From assembly GCF_028368995.1 (NCBI RefSeq), contig NZ_JAQNDL010000001.1:4352001-4416000 (forward strand): DNA of 64,000 nucleotides, in the 5' to 3' direction. This DNA is from Nannocystis bainbridge (GTDB taxonomy: Bacteria; Myxococcota_A; Polyangia; Nannocystales; Nannocystaceae). The first letter of the stretch is position 1. Each line of letters opens with the position of its first letter. Positions 12,373-25,325 of the stretch are shown here, piece after piece. The notes below the pieces were generated by a model. It saw nothing but the letters and a program-made list of their open reading frames with translations, was not told where the DNA came from and made no database searches. The translations under genes and the position numbers were made by a program.

Positions 12373-14516
12373 TGACGCGGCGGCGTCTCCCGATCTTGCA
12401 ACCCCGACTCGAGGGCGGCGACGAAGACCCGCTCGAGCTCCTCCGCGGCGGCCGCTTCGCCCGCTGGTTCGCGGCGTCGCTGGCGGTGATCGGCCTGGTC
12501 TGGATCGTCAGCGAACGCGTCGAGGCCCGCGACACCGCCGACTCCGTGGTCCTCGTCCACACTGCCCTGCAGGCCCCGCCGCAGCCGCCGATCGAGGACA
12601 TCACGCCGCCGCGACCTCCGGTCGAAGACATCACGCCGGCTCGCACGCCGCCGCAGCCGCCCGTCGAGGACATCACGCCGCCGCGACCTCCGGTCGAGGA
12701 CATCACGCCGGCTCGCACACCGCCGCCGCCACCGGTCGAGGACATCACGCCGCCGCGCAAGCCCGGCGAGACCGTCGACGAGTTCGGCCGCAAGCGCACC
12801 GGCACTGGTGCGCTCGTGCTCGAGGAGGGCGAGCCCGACGAGTCACTCGGCTTGCCGACGCAGCAGCGGCAGGCGATCGCCAGCGGCGGCTTCTTCGATC
12901 CGACGGCCTTCGACGACGTCAAGACCGTCAAGAAGAAGGCCTACGTCCACCTGATGCCGGGGATCCCCAACGAGGCGTTCTTCGCCGGCGTCGTCCTGAT
13001 CCTGCTGCTGTCGTTCAGCCTGTTCGAGCGCCACGGCAGCCGCGACAAGCGGGCGCGCAACTACTGGCACCTCGAGCTGACGAAGTTCCCCTGGCTACGG
13101 CGCGCGATCAAGAGCCGGTGGTTTCAGCCGGCCGTCCAGATCCCCGTCGTGCTCGCGTTCCTCGGCGTGATCGTCGTCGGCCTCGTCGGCTCGCAGGAGC
13201 CGGGCCGCAACCTCGCGCCGGTGCTCACCTGGAACATCTGGTGGATCGGCCTCATCTTCATGGTGCTGCTGTTCGGCAACCTGTGGTGCTTCATGTGCCC
13301 GTGGACCGCGATCCCCGACTGGATCATGCGCCGCAGCTTCACCAAGGTGCGCCCGATCGCCTCGCTGGCGAAGAAGTACCCGCGGCTCAAGCTGTGGATG
13401 TGGCCGGCGATCGTGCTGTTCGCGTTCATCACCTGGCTCGAGATCGTGTACGACGCGGCCAACCGCCCGTGGCTGACGTCGGTGCTGGGGATCTTCATGA
13501 TCCTCCTGAGCTGGGTGTTGCTGGTGGTGTACGAGCGCAAGGCGATGTGCCGCTACGTCTGCTACGTCGGCCGCGTCTCCGGTCAGTACGCGATGATGGG
13601 GATGCTCGAGCTACGTCGGCGCGACAACGAAGTCTGCCGCCACTGCGCCACCAAAGACTGTTACCGCGGCAGCCCGCGCGGCTACGCCTGCCCGACCCAC
13701 GAGTTCATGGGGGCCATGAACGAGAATCAGTACTGCACGCTGTGCACCGAGTGCGTCAAGAGCTGCCCGCACGACAACATCGCCCTCAACCTGCGGCCGA
13801 GCGGCGAGGACGTGCTGCACGCCCACCGCTCGCGCTCGGACGAGGCCTACATGGCGCTGCTGATCTTCATCGTCAGCGCCTTCCACGGCGCGGCCATGAT
13901 CCCGCTGTGGATGGAGTGGGAGAACGCGCTGCGGACCGCGATCATCGACGGCCAGACCGCGCTGCTCGGCGCCGACGTGCTCGGCTTCGCCGGCAGCCAC
14001 GGCGGCACGATGACCTTCACGCTGATGATGCTCGCCTGCATCCTCGGCCCCGCGGCCATCTACGTCGCGCTGTGCTGGTTGATGCGCCTCGCCAGCGGCC
14101 GCCGCGACATCACCACGCGCAAGCTGTTCGTCAAGTTCAGCTACACGCTGCTGCCGATCGCGCTCTTCTATCACCTGGCGCACAACGCCGTGCACGTGTT
14201 CTGGGAGTGGTCCAAGCTGCGGCGCCTCGTCAGCGATCCGCTCGGCTGGGGTCACGACCTGTTCGGCACCGCCCGCGCGCCGCTGACCGCGTTGTGGTCG
14301 CCGGAGACGATCTGGTACGTCCAGGTGGCGCTGATCGTCATCGGCCACATCTACGGCATCTACGTCGCCCAGCGCGAGTCGAACCGCCTCTACGCCGACG
14401 ACCGCAAGGCCGCCCTGCGCGTCCACCTGGTGATGATGGCCGGCATGATCCTCATGAGCCTGCTCAGCCTGTGGCTGCTGGCCCAGCCGATGTTCATGCG
14501 CACCGCCGACCTGTGA
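12372..14516 (+). CDS. FesM-like multi-TM 4Fe-4S polyferredoxin with Pro-rich N-terminal extension
   Basis: WNIWW...GNLWCFMCPW, MCRYVC, CRHCATKDC, CTLCTECVKSCPHDN; many TM helices; ATG overlaps upstream TGA. Confidence 0.88.
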   Translation: MTRRRLPILQPRLEGGDEDPLELLRGGRFARWFAASLAVIGLVWIVSERVEARDTADSVVLVHTALQAPPQPPIEDITPPRPPVEDITPARTPPQPPVEDITPPRPPVEDITPARTPPPPPVEDITPPRKPGETVDEFGRKRTGTGALVLEEGEPDESLGLPTQQRQAIASGGFFDPTAFDDVKTVKKKAYVHLMPGIPNEAFFAGVVLILLLSFSLFERHGSRDKRARNYWHLELTKFPWLRRAIKSRWFQPAVQIPVVLAFLGVIVVGLVGSQEPGRNLAPVLTWNIWWIGLIFMVLLFGNLWCFMCPWTAIPDWIMRRSFTKVRPIASLAKKYPRLKLWMWPAIVLFAFITWLEIVYDAANRPWLTSVLGIFMILLSWVLLVVYERKAMCRYVCYVGRVSGQYAMMGMLELRRRDNEVCRHCATKDCYRGSPRGYACPTHEFMGAMNENQYCTLCTECVKSCPHDNIALNLRPSGEDVLHAHRSRSDEAYMALLIFIVSAFHGAAMIPLWMEWENALRTAIIDGQTALLGADVLGFAGSHGGTMTFTLMMLACILGPAAIYVALCWLMRLASGRRDITTRKLFVKFSYTLLPIALFYHLAHNAVHVFWEWSKLRRLVSDPLGWGHDLFGTARAPLTALWSPETIWYVQVALIVIGHIYGIYVAQRESNRLYADDRKAALRVHLVMMAGMILMSLLSLWLLAQPMFMRTADL
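12575..12757 (+). repeat. Intragenic tandem repeat (PP[QP]PP[IV]EDITPPRPPVEDITPART, ~72 nt x2.5)
   Basis: Five EDITP units, near-identical at DNA level. Confidence 0.9.
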
Positions 14517-14535
14517 GGCGCGGCGATCGTCCGGG

Positions 14536-14558
14536 TGACATGTCCTTTCGGACATGCA
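14536..14558. repeat. 14-bp-phased repeat
   Basis: CATG 14539 and 14553; unit TGTCCTTTCGGACA. Confidence 0.8.
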
Positions 14559-14644
14559 CGTCCACCGCGTGACGTACGCGACCCGCGCTGGAGCGCCACC
14601 GGCTCTCCTCGCGCGAGTCGCTCGCGGGTGATTCTCCCGCGCCC

Positions 14645-15139
14645 TCAGGCGTGGGCGGGGAACATCTCGTCGAGCTCGCGGAGCACGTCGATGCCCTCGA
14701 CGCCCTTGGCGAGCGCGAGCTCCTGCACGAGCAGGGTGCGCGCCGTGTCGAGCATCTTCTTCTCGCCGAACGACAGGTCCTTGTCGGCGCGAAGGATGGA
14801 GAGGTCGCGGAGGACGCTGGCGATCTCGAGGAGCGACCCCGTCTTGATCTTCTCCATGTACTCGCGGTAGCGCCGGTTCCAGGTCGCCGTCGAGATCTTC
14901 TCTCCCCGGCGGGCCAGGACCTCGTAGACCTCCTGGACCTGCACGTCGTCCACGATCGGACGCAGGCCCACCGAGCCCGCGTTCTTCTTCGGGACCATGA
15001 CCTTCATGTCATTCTCCAGCACCCGGAGGACGTAGAATTCCATGGCGGACCCGGCGATTTCTCGCTTGTCGACGCCAGTGACCTCCGCGACTCCGTGGGC
15101 GGGGTAGACGACCTTGTCACCGATGTTGAACTCGCTCAT
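14645..15139 (-). CDS. carD: CarD/CdnL family RNA polymerase-binding regulator
   Basis: FNIGDKVVYPAHGVA, TWNRRYREYMEKIKTG, LSFGEKKML. Confidence 0.95.
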   Translation of the reverse strand: MSEFNIGDKVVYPAHGVAEVTGVDKREIAGSAMEFYVLRVLENDMKVMVPKKNAGSVGLRPIVDDVQVQEVYEVLARRGEKISTATWNRRYREYMEKIKTGSLLEIASVLRDLSILRADKDLSFGEKKMLDTARTLLVQELALAKGVEGIDVLRELDEMFPAHA

Positions 15140-15356
15140 GGAGCGCCTTCAAAGACGGCCCTTCCCAGCCCAAAAGCGGCGAAACAATGACAAAAAGGCG
15201 CAGTTTTGTCAACCTTCGAGTGGAGACCGAACGAGATGACGCATGTGGCGGCCGCTGCGCCCGGATGACCTCGCTGAAAGCGTGAGGAAATCCACAAGAT
15301 GAGCCCGCTGGGGCAGATCGATCGCCGCATTCTTGAACCCAAACGCCGCTCTCCTA

Positions 15357-15892
15357 TGATGCGCCCCATGTCACCGCGCACCACCTCGCGCCCCTCTCTG
15401 CGCCCGCGCCTTCAGCGGGCCGCGGCCCGGCTCCTCCTTGGCCTCGCGTTTCTCGGCCCGCTGGCGTGCGCGATGACCCCCGATCGATTGCCCCCGCCTG
15501 ACCGCCAATTTTATTACACGCTGCCTTCCGCCGACGACAAGGCCAAGTTCCTCAAGCTCAAGGAGACCGAGCGCAAGCCGTTCCTCGAGCAGAAGGGCCT
15601 GTGGACCCGGTGGATGGAGCTGCCGCCCGCAGAGCGCGAGGCGGCTCAGCGCGGCGAGGTCAAGGCTGGTTACAAGGAGTTCACCGCGCTGATGGCGTGG
15701 GGCGCCCCGGCCGACACGCAGGAGAGCAAGACGCCGGAGCGCAGCGTCCGCTTCCACACCTTCATCCGCTGCACGAGCGGGCCGCGCGTCGGTCGCTGGG
15801 TCGCCAGCAACCTCGCCTGCGACGGCACGTCCAGCGAAGTCGAGGTCGCGGTCGAGAACGGCCTCATCACCGAGGTCAAGTACCTCAACTGA
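15357..15892 (+). CDS. Hypothetical lipoprotein
   Basis: Hydrophobic signal with PLAC lipobox; GC3-biased codons; start uncertain. Confidence 0.7.
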
Positions 15893-15894
15893 AC

Positions 15895-15971
15895 TGCCTG
15901 GTCTTCGGGACAGGTGAAGCTGCCCCGAAGACCAGAATCGCTCGCGCGTCGACCTGTCTCGCGGGACAGGT

Positions 15972-15972
<1 letters not shown>
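15895..15972. repeat. 14-bp-phased repeat array between convergent genes
   Basis: CCTG 15897, CAGG 15911, CCTG 15953, CAGG 15967 (all multiples of 14 apart). Confidence 0.75.
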
Positions 15973-17444
<1,472 letters not shown>

Positions 17445-17642
17445 GTCGGCTGTTGTCCCCCACCGCCGTGCCCGCCGCAAGCCGATCGGGGCACCGGAGG
17501 GGACTCACGGAGCAACTCGCAAAAACCACGCCATACGCGCGATTGCACGCAAAATTTCCGGCGAACCGAACACCTGAACCCCTAAGGTGTTACAAAGATC
17601 GTTCACCTTCCTATAATTGAGTAAAAAAGATGTTAATTGGCG

Positions 17643-17698
17643 TTGACACTACATGCTCTTTATATGTAGCGTTTTGAGTACGTAGCCCCTGAAGGAGG
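17643..17698 (+). promoter_or_regulatory. Sigma70-like promoter with internal inverted repeat and SD
   Basis: TTGACA 17643-17648, TAGCGT 17667-17672 (18-bp spacer), inverted repeat CTACAT...ATGTAG 17649-17669, AAGGAGG 17692-17698, AT-rich upstream. Confidence 0.55.
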
Positions 17699-17707
17699 GA
17701 CCACTCG

Positions 17708-18043
17708 ATGCTCACCGACGATACCAACACGAACGCTGCGCCCGAGGAGGGCAAGAAGGCCTCCAAGCGCAAGACCGCCAAGAAGAAGGCGGGCAAGAAG
17801 GCCGCCAAGAAGGCGGGCGCGAAGAAGGCCGCCAAGGCCGGCGCCGCCAAGAAGACCGGCAAGAAGGCCGCCAAGAAGACCGGCGCCAAGAAGACCGCGA
17901 AGAAGGCGGGCAAGAAGGCCGCCAAGAAGACCGGTGCAAAGAAGGCCGCCAAGAAGACTGGCAAGAAGACCGCCAAGGCCGGTGCGAAGAAGACCGCGAA
18001 GAAGGCGGGCAAGAAGACCAGCAAGCGCGCTTCCGCCGCGTAA
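17708..18043 (+). CDS. Histone H1-like Lys/Ala-rich nucleoid protein
   Basis: Repeated [14 protein letters not shown]; strong SD; own promoter and terminator. Confidence 0.85.
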   Translation: MLTDDTNTNAAPEEGKKASKRKTAKKKAGKKAAKKAGAKKAAKAGAAKKTGKKAAKKTGAKKTAKKAGKKAAKKTGAKKAAKKTGKKTAKAGAKKTAKKAGKKTSKRASAA

Positions 18044-18081
18044 GCTGTGCTTTTTGGGGCAGACCGAGCCCCGATTCGCAC

Positions 18082-18120
18082 GAAAATCGCCGCGAACCTG
18101 CCCAGGTCGCGGCGATTTTC
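18082..18120. terminator. Bidirectional terminator hairpin
   Basis: GAAAATCGCCGCGA...TCGCGGCGATTTTC between convergent genes. Confidence 0.7.
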
Positions 18121-18258
18121 ATTGGTTCACGCGCAAGATCGAGCTCCGATGCGCGCGCTCGCGCGACCTCGCCCGCCCGCGCGCATGCGCCCCGAAATGC
18201 GCAGGAAACGCCGCCCGCGGCCAAACTCGGGGTTTCGCCGCGTGCGCCCGGCGCGTCC

Positions 18259-19050
18259 CTACAGGTCGGCGGCGTCGAGCGAGCGGACGAAAGAGCGCAA
18301 GTTGGCGTGCGCGCGGGCCCCGCTGAAGAGGATGGTCGTGTCCTCGAGCGCGTCGGCGTTGGCGAGCGCGAACACCAGGCTCTCGGCGAGCGCGCCGCGC
18401 AGCCGCTCGGTCGCGCCCGCGCTGTCGACGCGCAGCCACCGGCGCTCGTAGGTCTGCTGGACCGGGCGACCCGTGCCCTCGAACGCGGGCACCAGCGTGT
18501 CGAGCGACAGCTTGCGCGCCAGCGCCAGGGTCGCCGCCGCCTCCCACAGCCCGTCGAGCTCCCACACCACGCGCAGACCCTCGGCGGCGCGCGCCTCGGT
18601 GAAGGCGGCCAGGCGGGCCTGGTTCACCGAGCCGGGCGTGAAGCTCGGCGGGGTGCGCAGGATGACGGTGTCGGCGCCCATCTCCTTGGCGCAGCGCAGC
18701 GTGATGTCCCACGCGCTCTGGACCTCGGGCGTGTCCTGCAGGTGGCCGAACCGCCGCGCCTCGCCGGGCAGCGTGCGCGTGGCAGCCTCGCGCAGACCAT
18801 CGCTGCTGCTGTGACTGACGAGGTGCCACACGTACGGCACCAACACGGCGTTCGGATGGACGCTGCGCACGTGCTCGGCGAGCGCCCGCGCGGCCGCGGC
18901 GCGCGGCGGGTTCAGCAGGGTCGAGCGCAGGACGACGAGCTGGACCGGATCGACGGCCTCGTCGCCGGCCTCGTCAGAAGGATCGGGCCGGGCGGGACGC
19001 GCGGCGCGGAGGGCGTGCTCGTCCTGAAGGATGACACCGAGGCGGGGCAT
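18259..19050 (-). CDS. DUF72-like protein
   Basis: [16 protein letters not shown] pattern of DUF72 TIM barrels; divergent. Confidence 0.6.
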   Translation of the reverse strand: MPRLGVILQDEHALRAARPARPDPSDEAGDEAVDPVQLVVLRSTLLNPPRAAAARALAEHVRSVHPNAVLVPYVWHLVSHSSSDGLREAATRTLPGEARRFGHLQDTPEVQSAWDITLRCAKEMGADTVILRTPPSFTPGSVNQARLAAFTEARAAEGLRVVWELDGLWEAAATLALARKLSLDTLVPAFEGTGRPVQQTYERRWLRVDSAGATERLRGALAESLVFALANADALEDTTILFSGARAHANLRSFVRSLDAADL

Positions 19051-19119
19051 GGCGGCCGGAGGCTAGTGCGGACGCGAGGCATATACAAGCGCGGCCCGCT
19101 GTGTGCTATGGGGCGCCGG

Positions 19120-19776
19120 GTGAAGCTCTTCATCGATACGGCGGACGTGAAGGAAATCCGCGAGGCGGCGGCCATGGGCCTCCTCGACGGCGTGACCACC
19201 AACCCGTCCCTCGTGGCGGCGACCGGGCGCGACATGCGGTCGGTGCTTCAGGAGATCTGCGGCATCGTCGACGGCCCGGTCAGCGGCGAGGTGCTGGCGA
19301 CGACGTTCAAGGAGATCATGGACGAGGCCCACGACCTCGCCGCGATCGCGCCCAACATCGTCGTCAAGGTGCCGCTCATCGAGGACGGCCTGCGCGCCGT
19401 CAAGGCGCTGACCGGCGAGGGCATCAAGACCAACGTGACGCTGTGCTTCTCGCCGATCCAGGCGGTGCTGGCGGCCAAGGCCGGCGCGACGTACATCTCG
19501 CCGTTCGTCGGCCGGCTCGACGACATCGGCCACGAGGGCATGGAGCTCGTGGCCCAGATCGTCGAGGCGTACGCCAACTACGGCTACAAGACCGAGGTCC
19601 TGGTCGCGTCGGTGCGCTCGCCGCTGCACGTGCTCGAGACGATCCGGATCGGCGCGCACGTGGCGACGCTGCCGTTCAAGGTCATCCACCAGCTGATCAA
19701 GCACCCGCTGACCGACGCCGGTCTGGCCCGCTTCCTCGCCGACGCCGCCAAGATCCCGGCGGCCAAGAAGAGCTGA
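19120..19776 (+). CDS. tal: Transaldolase / fructose-6-phosphate aldolase
   Basis: [33 protein letters not shown]. Confidence 0.95.
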   Translation: MKLFIDTADVKEIREAAAMGLLDGVTTNPSLVAATGRDMRSVLQEICGIVDGPVSGEVLATTFKEIMDEAHDLAAIAPNIVVKVPLIEDGLRAVKALTGEGIKTNVTLCFSPIQAVLAAKAGATYISPFVGRLDDIGHEGMELVAQIVEAYANYGYKTEVLVASVRSPLHVLETIRIGAHVATLPFKVIHQLIKHPLTDAGLARFLADAAKIPAAKKS

Positions 19777-19777
19777 G

Positions 19778-19813
19778 CGCCTGTCCTTGAGGACATGCTG
19801 GTAAGGACATGCG
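19778..19813. repeat. 14-bp-phased repeat array overlapping trmB start
   Basis: CCTG 19780, CATG 19794, CATG 19808 (ATG 19809 is the trmB start). Confidence 0.8.
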
Positions 19814-20465
19814 GAAGATCCGCCAGCACGTCAACCCGCTGAGCGCGCACTTCATGGTGACGCGCGCCCAGCCGGTCGCGCGCCCGCCAGAGCTCGCGCC
19901 CGGCTGCCCGATCGAGGTCGAGCTCGGCTGCGCCGACGCCGAGTTCAGCTTCGCCCGCGCGGCCGCTCGCCCGGACATGCTGATGGTCGGGCTCGACATC
20001 CGCGAGCCCTGCCTGGCCCGCAACCGCGTGCGCGCCGCCGAAGAGCGCCTGTCCAACCTGCTGTTCGGCTACGTCAACCTCAACGTCGACATCGACGTGG
20101 TGTTCGCGCCGGCCAGCGTCGACCGCTTCCACCTGCTGTTCCCCGACCCGTGGGTCAAGAAGAGTCACCACAAGCGGCGGGTGATCGAGCCGGCGCTGGT
20201 GGCGTCGCTGGCCGCGCAGCTGCGCCCCGGCGGCGAGCTGCACGTGGCCAGCGACGTGTTCGACGTGGCGCTCGAGATCATGGCGACGGTCGAGGACCCA
20301 TCGCTCGCGCACGTCGGCTTCGTCAACCAGGCCGGCCCGTGGGGCTTCTGGCGCGGCAACCCGTTCGAGGCCAGCCGCCGTGAACAGACGACGCTGCGCC
20401 GCGAACAGCGGGTGTGGCGGATGCGCTATGTCCGTGGCGACATGGCGGTTCCGACAGGTCCGTAA
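19809..20465 (+). CDS. trmB: tRNA (guanine-N7)-methyltransferase
   Basis: RQHVNP, VELGC, FPDPWVKKSHHKRR, ASD motifs. Confidence 0.93.
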   Translation: MRKIRQHVNPLSAHFMVTRAQPVARPPELAPGCPIEVELGCADAEFSFARAAARPDMLMVGLDIREPCLARNRVRAAEERLSNLLFGYVNLNVDIDVVFAPASVDRFHLLFPDPWVKKSHHKRRVIEPALVASLAAQLRPGGELHVASDVFDVALEIMATVEDPSLAHVGFVNQAGPWGFWRGNPFEASRREQTTLRREQRVWRMRYVRGDMAVPTGP

Positions 20466-20581
20466 GGACATGGCGATCGGGGCATGTCTGTCTGGACATG
20501 TCGCATGTGACAGGTGAGTGGCAGGTCGGGCCGGAGCGACCTGGCCGTCTCGCTTTCAGGACATGTCGCCTGCGACAGGTC
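20425..20581. repeat. Long 14-bp-phased repeat array overlapping trmB 3' end
   Basis: Cores at 20427, 20441, 20455, 20469, 20483, 20497, 20511; second pair 20562, 20576. Confidence 0.9.
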
Positions 20582-20667
20582 AGCGGGGGGTCGATCCGGA
20601 GCGACCCTGGTCGCTCCGCCAGGCGCGAGCACCCGCCGCGGTCCGGCGGGGGGTTCACCCGAGGGCT

Positions 20668-21177
20668 TCAGGCCCCGGGCATGAGCGTCTCGATCTGCGG
20701 CAGCGCGAAGGCGTCGGGCAGCTCGAGGCACTTGCCGACGCGCTGGGCCTCGACGCGGGCGGCCTCAGGGTCGGGCGCCTTGTCGACGCGCTCCTGGACG
20801 GTGTCGACGCACGAACAAAAGGTCAGTGAAGCGCGGCGGGTGGCGACGTCGGCGCAGGTCGTGTGGTGACGCGCGAGACTCCAGGCGAGGAAGGGGCCGC
20901 GGCAGTCGAGCGAGGGGAACTCGATGGCGAGCACGCACTCGCACAGCTCCTCGTCGCGGGGGAGCACCATGGCCTGCGTGCAGAGGGTTTGCATGTACGC
21001 GTCCTCGGCCCGCAGGCGCGCGTCGTAGCTGCTGGCGTTGCCCTGGATCATCCCGGCGAGGCTCGGCAGCAGGAACCACGCGATCACGCCGACGACGGGT
21101 AAGCCGGCGAGGGCACCGAAGAGCAGGTCCCGGGTGCGGGAGCGTGGTGGGTCATCGAGATCGGCGAGCATCGGCAT
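20668..21177 (-). CDS. Hypothetical membrane-anchored Cys-rich protein
   Basis: One TM helix followed by 8 Cys including two CxC motifs (CEC, CSC). Confidence 0.7.
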   Translation of the reverse strand: MPMLADLDDPPRSRTRDLLFGALAGLPVVGVIAWFLLPSLAGMIQGNASSYDARLRAEDAYMQTLCTQAMVLPRDEELCECVLAIEFPSLDCRGPFLAWSLARHHTTCADVATRRASLTFCSCVDTVQERVDKAPDPEAARVEAQRVGKCLELPDAFALPQIETLMPGA

Positions 21178-21331
21178 AAGATCCCCCGGGATCGTGGCGG
21201 ATTTTGCGCTGCGGCGGCCGTGGAGGTCCCACGATGGTCCGATCTCGCAGGCGCTTGGGGCTTGTGAAGCGCAGACGAACCGTACAATACTCAGGCACAG
21301 CGCCGGTGCTAGCCTGTCCGGCCCTTCCCCA

Positions 21332-21991
21332 ATGACGGCCATGCTCCGCTCCCGATCGTTCGTCGCAACCGTCCTCGCCCTGGCCATGGTGCCCGTGCCC
21401 GGTCTCGCGGCCCCCGCGACCCCCGCGGCTGCAGCTCCGGCCGCGGCCCCCGCCGCGCCGGCGGATCAGCCCGCCAACCCGGCTGCCACGCCGGGCGAGG
21501 CGACCCCGGGCGAGGTCCCGACCAGTGACTCGCCCGACGAGGTGCCCAGCGAGGTGCCGGTCGAGGAGCCGCAGCCCGAAGAGAAGGCCGAGCCGGAGCA
21601 GCCGGAGCAGCCGGAGACGGTGGTCCCCGAGGGTCCGGAGCGCCCGCCGGAGCCTATGCTCGGCAACGGCAAGTTCAAGGCGAAGGGCACCGGCCTGATG
21701 ATCTCCGGCGGCGTCCTGCTCGGCGCTGGCCTCGTCGGCGTGATCACGTCCTACTTCCTCACGCGCTGCCCCGACGAGGACATCGACAAGTCGTTCGCGT
21801 GCAAGAACCGGCAGCACAACACGTTCGCGGTCCCGGCCACCGGCGCGGCGGCCCTGCTCGGCGCGGTGCTCCTCATCGTCGGCCTCACCTACCGCGCCCG
21901 CTACAAGCGCTGGGAGAACTGGGACCCGACCCGCGCGAGGACGGCCTTCCGCCCCGACTTCACGGCCAACGGCGTCAGCTTCAAGTTCTGA
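21332..21991 (+). CDS. Hypothetical exported protein (Pro/Glu-rich N-term, hydrophobic C-terminal hairpin)
   Basis: Signal peptide, low-complexity linker, two hydrophobic segments, ends VSFKF; common myxobacterial architecture. Confidence 0.75.
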   Translation: MTAMLRSRSFVATVLALAMVPVPGLAAPATPAAAAPAAAPAAPADQPANPAATPGEATPGEVPTSDSPDEVPSEVPVEEPQPEEKAEPEQPEQPETVVPEGPERPPEPMLGNGKFKAKGTGLMISGGVLLGAGLVGVITSYFLTRCPDEDIDKSFACKNRQHNTFAVPATGAAALLGAVLLIVGLTYRARYKRWENWDPTRARTAFRPDFTANGVSFKF

Positions 21992-22071
21992 GCCCCCGGC
22001 CCGCGCCTCGACGAGGACGCCGCAGCAACCCGCAGGGTGCGCGCCGTCCTCGTCGGCGTTTCTGCGTTCGA

Positions 22072-22297
22072 GAGACACCTTCTTCCGGACATGTTCGTGG
22101 AGGCATGTCGAGGAGATCGCGCCCGGGAGCCGTCCAGCGAATGTTCCTTCGCGCTGCACCGAGGATCGCCCTGCGCGTGACGGCTCCGAGTGCCGAGGCG
22201 TGACCGGATCTCGGCCGGGCGACCAGTGAGCGAGATTTGCCTCGCTCGAGCCGGCACCTGTCGGATGTTCCTTCGGACATGTCCGGAAGAACATCCG
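22072..22297. repeat. Two 14-bp-phased repeat arrays downstream of the XRE gene
   Basis: CATG 22090, 22104; GATG 22264, CATG 22278, CATC 22292. Confidence 0.75.
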
Positions 22298-22330
22298 CAG
22301 CTCGGGTCGCAACAGCGGCCCCCGCTGCGC

Positions 22331-22714
22331 TCACGGGCGGTCGCGGCCGATGACGACTCTGGCGAGGTCGAGGAGCAGCTCGAGCTCTTGCGGCTGGGCC
22401 CGTTGTGCGACCGAGTTGAGCAGCGCCAGCAGCGTGCTCTCGGGGGACGCGGCGGGTCCAGGCAGCTCGGGCAGCAGCAGCGCCAGCGGCACGCCCATGC
22501 CGTCGGCGATCCGCAGCAGGGTGCGCAGGCCCGGGCTGGTGTAGTGGCCGTTCTCGAGCCGCGAGACCATGTCCGAAGCGATGCCAGCGGCGCGCGCGAC
22601 CGACTGCTGGGTCAGCCCGCGCTCCTCGCGGATCGCCCGGATCCGCTGGGCCAGCGCCGCCATGTAGCGGCGCTCGTACTGCTCGCGCGCGAGGTCGTAG
22701 GTCTCTTCGGACAT
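22331..22714 (-). CDS. XRE-family HTH transcriptional regulator
   Basis: IRAIREERGLTQQSVARAAGIASDMVSRLENG...PGLRTLLRIADGMGV. Confidence 0.92.
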   Translation of the reverse strand: MSEETYDLAREQYERRYMAALAQRIRAIREERGLTQQSVARAAGIASDMVSRLENGHYTSPGLRTLLRIADGMGVPLALLLPELPGPAASPESTLLALLNSVAQRAQPQELELLLDLARVVIGRDRP

Positions 22715-22830
22715 GTTCTAAAGAGAAGCCTCGGGTGGCGACCCCGGCGAGCGGCCCGGGGCCGCCGGGGAGCGGCGCCCGGGTCGCTCGCGCGTGATGG
22801 CGTGGTTCGCTGCGCGCATGTCCGTCCTCG

Positions 22831-24972
<2,142 letters not shown>

Positions 24973-25212
24973 GGTGGCGAAGAGTAGCAGCGGCGCCAGC
25001 TGGCGCGAGTCCGCGCCCGCCGCACGAAGCTCACGCGGCCCGAAGACCTCGAAGACGGCGGAATGGCGGCTGCGAGGCCCGACGCGGCGGCTCCGAATTC
25101 GGCGCTGGTCTGGCCTGGGCGGAGGTCGGCGAGGCTGGGCACGCTGCTCGCTCGTCGAGGTGCCAGCAGGTGAGGAAGAAATCATGATCGCCGGCGCATC
25201 GAGCGGCCTTTC

Positions 25213-25250
25213 GAAGATGTCCGCGAGGACATGGTCGAAGAGACATGTAT
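25213..25250. repeat. 14-bp-phased repeat in the uvrB/thiE divergent region
   Basis: GATG 25216, CATG 25230, CATG 25244. Confidence 0.8.
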
Positions 25251-25325
25251 GCGCGCGGCCACTACCTCGCAAGGCGAGACGTCGCGGCCTTGTGCAGCGC
25301 CGGTGCGAGGTGCTAAGCCGAGGCG

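Noticed and set aside
17611-18081. Hydrophobic FLAAF-repeat ORF on the minus strand
   Set aside because: Antisense mirror of the Lys/Ala-rich gene, which has the SD, promoter and terminator.
24973-25325. LexA/SOS box upstream of uvrB
   Set aside because: No convincing match to a LexA consensus I know; only the 14-bp array is evident.
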